DNA of 64,000 nt from Ostrea edulis (Eukaryota). The position numbers and the translations under genes were made by a program. Location of the stretch: positions 4,836,001-4,900,000 of the forward strand of contig NC_079168.1 of the NCBI RefSeq assembly GCF_947568905.1. The letters are read 5' to 3'. Positions 52,601 through 61,000 of the stretch are shown in pieces. Numbering within the stretch: the stretch's first letter is position 1; each line of letters opens with the position of its first letter. The notes under the pieces are model-generated. The model was not told the origin of the DNA, searched no databases, and saw only the letters and a program-made list of their open reading frames with translations.

Positions 52601-55078
52601 ACAGCTAACATGCTCGACCCTTCCTCCTCCAAACTTGGTGCCAGCAATGGTGCTGCTGGAGGATTCGATCCTGATCAGTTCAACACAATGAAATTCAACT
52701 TCTTCAATCCTAACCAGATGTCGGGAGGTGGAGGCGGCAGTAGCGGCGGTGGAAGCAGTGGTAGTGCACCGAAGTTTGATCCTAACAGCGTCAACAAAAT
52801 TCAGGCCAACATGTTGGATCCGTCTACTTCTAAGCTTGGAGCTAGTGGCGGAGCAGCTGGGGGATTTGATCCCGACCAGTTCAATACCATGTCCTTCAAT
52901 TTCTTCAATCCACAAGCTCAAGTTGGCAAAAGGGGTACGTATTCATTGTAATCGAAAAATATACGCGAGTTTTCAATATGATCTAAACTCTGGTTGAAAT
53001 TGAGCCAGCATTAAGATTGATATTGCTTAGATCACGATTTGTTATATACAATATTGTGCACAAATCGATAAAAGGTAAGCAAGGGTTATCAAATTGAAAT
53101 AATTAAGAATTGATTTTATATTAGGCACCTTTATATTATACTTTCTCATTTATATATTTGGATTGGGTAGTAGACATTGTATCTGTATACCTTCTCTGTA
53201 ATGTAACTTCTAGGTATTGTAAAGCGCCAGAGCTCGCCGTCTGCTCCAAGCAGCAGTGGAGGGAGCGGTGGCAGCAGTAGCGGAAGCAGTCCTCCAAAAT
53301 ACGACCCCAACAGCGTCAATAAACTCACAGCTAACATGCTCGACCCTTCCTCCTCCAAACTTGGTGCCAGCAATGGTGCTGCTGGAGGATTCGATCCTGA
53401 TCAGTTCAACACAATGAAATTCAACTTCTTCAACCCCAACCAGATGTCGGGAGGTGGAGGCGGCAGTAGCGGCGGTGGAAGCAGTGGTAGTGCACCGAAG
53501 TTTGATCCTAACAGCGTCAACAAAATTCAGGCCAACATGTTGGATCCGTCTACTTCTAAGCTTGGAGCTAGTGGCGGAGCAGCTGGGGGATTTGACCCCG
53601 ACCAGTTCAATACCATGTCCTTCAATTTCTTCAATCCACAAGCTCAAGTTGGCAAAAGGGGTAAGTTTCTGATAATGAAAAGAATGACAATCATCAACTG
53701 AATGAAAAAGTTGATTGATTGATTTTATTTTGTTTATCGTCCCTCTTGAAATATTTTCACTCATGGAGACGTCACCATTGCCGATAAAGGGCTATGGTCG
53801 GCGTTTACGGCCTTTGAGCAGGGAGGGATCTTTATCGTACCACACCTGCTCTGACATGGGAACTCGGTTTTTGCGGTCTCATCTGAAGGACCGCCCCATT
53901 TAGTCCCTCTTACGACAAGCAAGGGGTACTGAGAACTCATTCTAACCCGGATCCTCACGGGAACAGGTAAAGGTAACGAACAGTGATCAATCTCATAAAT
54001 CCTGTGAAAATTACAAATTTGAGAGTATTGCTAACGTGGACCTTTGGGAGAGCCTGAGGTTTGGGATCAGGTGCTTAGGACGAGTAAACATCCCCTGTTG
54101 CCTGGTCTACTGTGAACTCTTTATCTTGATCGTGTAAACGGATTAAACGTAGTTAAATCAGTATGTAAACGGCCGGACAGTTGACACGATACAGGCCAGA
54201 CAGTTTTCGACTTAATGACGTCATTGTAACTACCAAAAACTGACGAGTATGTTAACAGTCTTAATTTCCAAGGGTACAAATTGTGCTCCAACATTAGCTG
54301 ACCTTTAGACAGAATTTATTCAAAAGCTTCTAAATGAAAGGAAAAAATCTCTTACTGTGGAATTCAACTGGACTTTTATGATTACACGGCGGGTGTGACC
54401 GGTCAACAGGAGATGCTTGCTCCTACTCTAGGCACCTTATCCCACCTCTGGTGTGTCCAGGGTCAGTGTTTGCCTTTCCCTAAATTTTGTAATCTTAGGA
54501 TTTATTAGTTCATTACGTTAACTTGTTCACTGTAAAAATTAATTTGGCTAATATCACTGTTTTATTGAAGCAGCTGTACTAGCCATGCACATTATAGAAA
54601 TCATTGCAAACAATTCCGCATTATCGCTTCAACGATGAAATTTATTTTAGGCGTTCAAAGACGTCAGACTTCACCATCATCCCCTAGCTCCAGTGGGTCT
54701 TCATCCGGAACTTCAGCAAGTGGAAGCTCTAGTGGCAGTTCAACTTCAGCTGGGTCCTCACAGATGATGAGTCCAAACATGTTTATAAACCCAGGCGCCT
54801 TTCTAATGGGAGGTAACTCTGGAGGCAGTGGTGGAAGTTCATCTTCTCCTTCTTCATCCTCTTCCTCATCCCCCTCTTCCTCATCCTCCTCTTCCGGTGG
54901 AGGTGTGCAGAAACCATCTTTTGATCCAAACAAAGTTAATCAAATCCAGTCGAGTTTTCTAGACCCATCTAAGGCAAAACTCGGTTCAGGAGGTTCTGCA
55001 GCGGGGGGATTCGATCCTGATGCAGTCAACACTTTGTCTTTTAATTTCTTCAATCCAAGCAATCTTCTTGGACGTTAA
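49698..55078 (+). CDS. Cluster gene 7: secreted polyprotein precursor with Gly/Ser spacers and ~50-aa FDPN domains, ~766 aa; join(49698..49761,49864..50029,50771..51072,51762..52208,52488..52934,53214..53660,54651..55078)
   Basis: Signal exon MWLSLLVAVILVSAGTARDLR-V. All introns are GT-AG with matching phases, and the total is 2301 nt (in frame). Junctions give RVR-QTQ, GKR-IVKR-QSS, GKR-GIVKR-QSS (twice) and GKR-GVQRR-QTS. Ends NLLGR*. The donor at 51072 rather than 51066 is my choice; both are in frame. Confidence 0.85.
50087..50325 (+). mobile_element. 5'-truncated SINE-like retroposon in intron 2 of gene 7
   Basis: Core gtccttcggacgagactgcaaaaacagagg and (caat)n tail. Confidence 0.8.
51726..53662. 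repeat. 726-bp tandem segmental repeat (exon+intron), about 2.7 copies
   Basis: Exon starts at 51762, 52488 and 53214 are exactly 726 bp apart; copies are nearly identical. Confidence 0.97.
53712..53961 (-). mobile_element. SINE-like retroposon (reverse) in an intron of gene 7
   Basis: Reverse complement starts cccgtgaggatccgggttagaat and ends in (caat)n. Confidence 0.85.
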
Positions 55079-55284
55079 AGATAGGTAAATGATTGAAAAA
55101 TATCAAAATTGTTTAAAATCTAATTTGATTTAATCTTAACATAATTATAAGTTTCTTTTGTCTTTCTTTTCAGGTAAATCCAAGAATCAGCATAATTTGC
55201 TGACACGAAAATATAAAGAAATAAAATTGAAAACTTCTAATATGTTGCTTATTACTTGATCAGATTACAGAAATAATAATATAT

Positions 55285-55390
55285 CAGTCGCGATGATTCA
55301 GTGGTTAGAGCGTTTGTTTCGTGACCGGAAGTTCGTGGGTTCGAGCACCGTTCGTGACTTTGCCACGTTAAATCAATAACGTAAAAATAG
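55285..55390 (+). mobile_element. tRNA-derived SINE head fragment
   Basis: gtcgcgatgattcagtggttagagcg...gtgggttcgag (A/B-box-like). Confidence 0.55.
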
Positions 55391-55401
55391 ATAGAGGAAA
55401 A

Positions 55402-56380
55402 GGTGAATATAACAAACAGTGATCAATCTCATAACTCCTATAAAGGTGAAGATAACGAACAGTGATCAATCTCATAACTCCTATAAAGGTGAAGATAACG
55501 AACAGTGATCAATCTCATAACTCCTATAAAGGTGAATATAACGAACAGTGATCAATCTCATAACTCCTATAAAGGTGAAGATAATGAACAGTGATCAATC
55601 TCATAACTCCTATAAAGGTGAAGATAACGAACAGTGATCAATCTCATAACTCCTATAAAGGTGAATATAACAAACAGTGATCAATCTCATAACTCCTATA
55701 AAGGTGAAGATAACAGTGATCAATCTCATAACTCCTATAAAGGTGAATATAACAAACAGTGATCAATCTCATAACTCCTATAAAGGTGAATATAACGAAC
55801 AAGTGATCAATCTCATAACTCCTATAAAGGTGAAGATAACGAACAGTGATCAATCTCATAACTCCTATAAAGGTGAATATAACGAACAAGTGATCAATCT
55901 CATAACTCCTATAAAGGTGAAGATAACGAACAGTGATCAATCTCATAACTCCTATAAAGGTGAATATAACGAACAGTGATCAATCTCATAACTCCTATAA
56001 AGGTGAAGATAACGAACAGTGATCAATCTCATAACTCCTATAAAGGTGAAGATAACGAACAGTGATCAATCTCATAACTCCTATAAAGGTGAAGATAACG
56101 AACAGTGATCAATCTCATAACTCCTATAAAGGTGAAGATAACGAACAGTGATCAATCTCATAACTCCTATAAAGGTGAATATAACGAACAGTGATCAATC
56201 TCATAACTCCTATAAAAGTGAAGATAACGAACAAGTGATCAATCTCATAACCCCTACAAGCAATACAAAATAGAGAGTTGGGCAAACACGGATTCCTGGA
56301 TATACCAGAGGTGGGATCAGGTGCGTAGGAGAGTAAGCACCCGCTGTCGACAGGTTACACGCACCGTGAGCCCTATATCA
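55402..56380 (+). repeat. 43-bp tandem array (about 20 copies) of the Penelope-like element terminus, running into one non-amplified element copy
   Basis: Unit ggtgaagataacgaacagtgatcaatctcataactcctataaa (55445, 55488, ...). The last unit continues caagcaatacaaaatagagagttgggcaaacacgg...gtgagccc, as at 47199. Confidence 0.9.
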
Positions 56381-58078
56381 TGAGAGGTTGTTTCTTTGCC
56401 AAACGCCTGGCATTTAGATCTGAGTCATGTGTCTTTCTGGTAATCTTAAAACCTGAAACCCCGAGTCGCGTTAGTACGATAAAGAACACAGAGCTATATC
56501 TCGAAGTCTACAGTTATAGTCTTCCATCTACAGCTGGTAGCGTCTCCCTACGAGTGAAAAAATCTCGACGGGAATTTAAAAACAAAATAAACACAAACAA
56601 AAGAAATGATGATGTGCTACTTACTGCCTAACAATTAAGATAGCACATGTAATGAATTCATTTATTAAGTATAATCCACATAGGCGTCGTCCAACTTCAC
56701 ATATCCAATCAGTCAATTTAACATATACATGTACCTAATACATTGTACATAAAATTCCTGTCAGACAATGGCTGTAGACTACACGTATTTAAATGTAATT
56801 TTTCGAAAATTAAACATTTCGTTCAAGATATTAATGCATTGCCTTGTGAAGTTTCTTATTTTCAATGCGTTATGGGAACAATTATATTGAAGGTAGAGAT
56901 CGAGGTAAAAGTACACGAAATTTTATCAGTTTTAAAAAGTTTATCAGATTTTATCAGTTATATAAATTCCATTTGAGCTTAATCCAAACTAAATTTAGAA
57001 GCAGTGAACCAATTATATCCTGACAAAAAAGAATATACAGAATTTATATGCAAAAACGGTTACTTTGGTTGTTTGGTTTTTTTGTTGTTTTTTTTTTTTG
57101 GTTTTTTTTTTTTATGTATGATTGATTTCCTTATCGCCGCTACTTCTGTCGTTCTTTCAATAAATGTTTTATAAAATGTAGATTTCTTAGCGTTATTTTT
57201 GGATGCTTCAAAGTATTGAATACAATTTCCCTGGAAAAGGATACGTTATTCAACATAGATTCGAGCATGCGTCGACATGATTAAACACACCATAATAATA
57301 ATATTTACATTCATTGAATCTTTTCTCTTATATTTCTTTTGAAATTGACATTGCTTTCATCATACACAATGAATGTCGGTGGCAAACTAGTTCGATCCAG
57401 GTTTCTTAGTACCATCTCTGTCTGTGTAATCATCACCAAATATGGAACGTCTTCAAGGCAAAAGGGTGCATTGGTTGTTCCAATTAACGTAACGATTGGG
57501 TCAACCAAATATATTTTAGGACTTAAAACTGGTTTATATTTTAAATATATATATATAAAATATCAATATAAACAATAGAATACTAGTATCTTTCTTTGTT
57601 GTTTCATCCACAGGCACTCGACGTTTTAAATATCTATAATTAAAAAAAATTGTCTTCCGGTAATCCGATGAAACAAAGAAAGCATTTTATTGTTTAAACG
57701 AAGTCATCCACGGTAAAATGCGATTCTAACACGGAGAACTAATACATAAGGGTTACTGCTGTCCGTGATATTGATAAGAGCAATGAACTTTGTACACTGG
57801 GTATCTTAAATGATGAAAGTCCTTCTATCATAGAGAGTTGAACTTGGGATGACTTTAAAATCACACAATTTTAGATGTATAATTAGACGTCCAGAAAAGT
57901 ATAAACGGTATATAGAGAGACAATTTTCTCTGATAAGTCCTTGTTCACGATAATTAGCTATTTATTGCCATATTTATATTCAATGACAACCGATTCCCAA
58001 ACATGTCTTATCTATGGTAGTACTACGAAGTCCAGGTCGTTCTTTTCTGACTCATAGCCTAAATTACAGCATAGAAAA

Positions 58079-61000
58079 ATGTTACCAAAAATACTAATAT
58101 TTACATTGATATATTCCATATCAGCTGAATCCAATCGGTATGTGTTGGAATTCCGACGGCTACTTTCAAGTGAGTGTTTCTCATAGAATTATTTACTCCC
58201 CTATCGGCTAGTTTGAATTACAAATGTTATGAATAACCTTTATGGCAAATTTAAACTATCTACTGAAATTCGATTGATATGCTATTGATTTATATTTATA
58301 AAGGCAATTCAGTTCACAGAAGACAGACGTTTGATCCTAACGCCATGATGTTTGGAGGGGGAAGTTCAACTTCGAGTAAATCCCAGTTCATGGGCAGCTT
58401 CAACCCAAACCAGATGATGAGCAGCATGGGGACCGGCATGAATATGTTTAATCCTGGATCCCAAACTAGCGGACAGACCTCAACTCAATCATCCGGTACG
58501 ATGACGTCATTCGATCCCACAAAGCTCAACAATCAATTAAGCAGTTCTTCTGGATCCCAAACTAGCGGGCAGACCTCATCCCAATCATCCGGTACGATGA
58601 CATCATTCGATCCCACAAAGCTCAACAATCAATTAAGCAGTTCTTCTGGATCCCAAACTAGCGGGCAGACCTCATCCCAATCATCCGGTACGATGACGTC
58701 ATTCGATCCCACAAAGCTCAACAATCAATTAAGCAGTTCTTCTGGATCCCAAACTAGCGGGCAGACCTCATCCCAATCATCCGGTACGATGACGTCATTC
58801 GATCCCACAAAGCTCAACAATCAATTAAGCAGTTCTTCTGGATCCCAAACTAGTGGAATGGGCGGTGGTTTTAGTCCCAATCAAATGATGGGAGGTGGAA
58901 CTCAGTCTGGGGGAACCAGTGGAACCAGTTCGGGTAGTACCAATACTGGAGGCTCCTCTGCTTTTGGGGGTAGTTTTAATCCAAACCAACAAGGTGGTGC
59001 TCAGTTTACAAATCCAATGTCACAAATGGGAGGGGGACAGGGAGGAGCATCATCGTCAACTATAACAAATTATAATCCCAATAATGCCGCAGTAAATATG
59101 GCAGGAGGTTATGATCCAAATGCTGCCAACTCAGGACAGGGCACAGGAGGGAATGCACCATCATTTACGAACGGAATGGGCATGAATGCCCAGCAGCAAT
59201 CGATGGGAGGAGGGACCATGCCAAGTGGCAATGGCATGACGCAGCAATCAGGTAGTGGAGGTACTTCCACACCAAGTGGTGCAAGCAGTGGGGGTGGGAG
59301 CTCTTCTTTTGGAAGTCCCACTGGATCGGGAACGAGTTCACCTGGAACAGGTAGTGCTTCGTCATTTGGAAGTCCAACTGGCTCAGGAAGCAGTACCTCT
59401 GGAAGTGGTAGTTCCTCATCCTTTGGGAGTCCAACTGGATCTGGATCAAGCGCTTCTTCCTTTGGAAGTCCAACCGGATCTCCTAGTAACTCACAAGGAA
59501 GTCCAAGTTCTTTTGGCAGCTCTACCGGGACACAAAGTGCATCTACAAGCGGAGGCAGCAGTTCTGGTGCTGCAGCGTTTGGTAGTCCCACATCCGGAGG
59601 TGGGTCTTCATCTGGAAGTGGTGCAAGCCAGACTTCCGGTGGGGGATCAACAATGTCGTCATTTGATCCTATTAAGACAAACGTTGAGACAACTCAGACT
59701 GGATTTAATCCCCTTAGCCCAGCTTTAGGTATGGATGTGATTTATTGGGTACTATTATCAAGTTAAGGAAATAAGGTACTTTTATCAAGTCATCTTAATT
59801 ACACTATGCGTAACAATACAGCAAAATAAACGTAACTGATCGAAGTGAAGAATATTACCTATATCAATATGCATTACTTCGAGCATGTTTTCTTGTAGGG
59901 AAAGTACAAAACTTCATGGGACCCCAATCCAGTTGTGAGTATGACAGTTTTTGTAGCAGTACAAATTAATTCATATGTATTGCAGGGACACCCTTATTTC
60001 TTTTATTTATGTTTATTTAGCAACTGGTGGTGTTTTCGATCCCGGTTCAGTAAACACGCAGATGGCGGTACAAGGAGCTAGCTTGAATATGTTTGGAGGT
60101 AAGAGTTATCCCAGAACACTCAGAATGACTAGTAAATGACCAATACCAAACTGCGATACGACTGTCAAATATACTTTCTGCAAGTGGTCTGCCATTGCTA
60201 TACTAGGTGCTGGGGGCAGTGATCCAAACAAAATGGATGCCAGCTCATTAATGGGTGGATCTCCTGGAATGATGAGCGGAGCCAGTCAAGTTAATGGTGG
60301 ATCCAGTAGTGGTGGAAGTAAGACAAACATATTTAATCCTATGGGATCAATGATGGGTGGATCCACTGGGAGTGGAGGTGGAACTTCGGGTCCTATGAAT
60401 ATGATGAATTCTATGATGAGTACATCTGGCTCAGGAAGAACGAGCAGTTCAAGTAACGTAGAAGTTTCTAAAAGTAACTGGATAAGATATACAGTGTATG
60501 GAAACGGCTGAAAATTATTCATACATGTATATGCAAGCGTCTAGAACCTATCACTCTTCTGTTATGAAAACTTCAAAATATTCCTGTATGTACAAATTCA
60601 GTGGCGTCATATTGCAAACAAACTAATCGCGATTTAAGAAATGCGTTTCATAGCTGTTCCATTTTAGTTGACTGTTCAACGTAAAGTTAATAGAGAATTA
60701 AAAATTATCAAAACACTCCTCAAATAACACGTGTGTAAAATCATTCGTTTGGGAGTAGCTTGTGCCTTATGAATTAGAATGCACTCTTGCAATAAACGGT
60801 GCATGGGATTAATCATGAATAGAATCAAGCAATACTTACCTATTTCCTCTGTTAACTGTAGGTGGTACTTATTTCCTCTGCTGACTGTAGGTGGTACTTA
60901 TTTCCTGTGCCGACCGCTGCGATGGCCGAGAGGTTAGAGCGTTCGTCCCGCATGCGGAAGGCCGGGGTTCGAATCCCGGCCCCGACAGACCAAAGTCATT

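Noticed and set aside
57311-57578. Short overlapping ORFs on both strands upstream of gene 8
   Set aside because: No convincing start or splice partner and no motif shared with the cluster. It could be an orphan exon, but I cannot support that.
60907-60985. tRNA gene candidates (also near 3975, 22450, 35245, 42020, 55285)
   Set aside because: They have A/B-box-like motifs but incomplete cloverleaves, and most continue into SINE body sequence. They are SINE heads or relics, not functional tRNAs.
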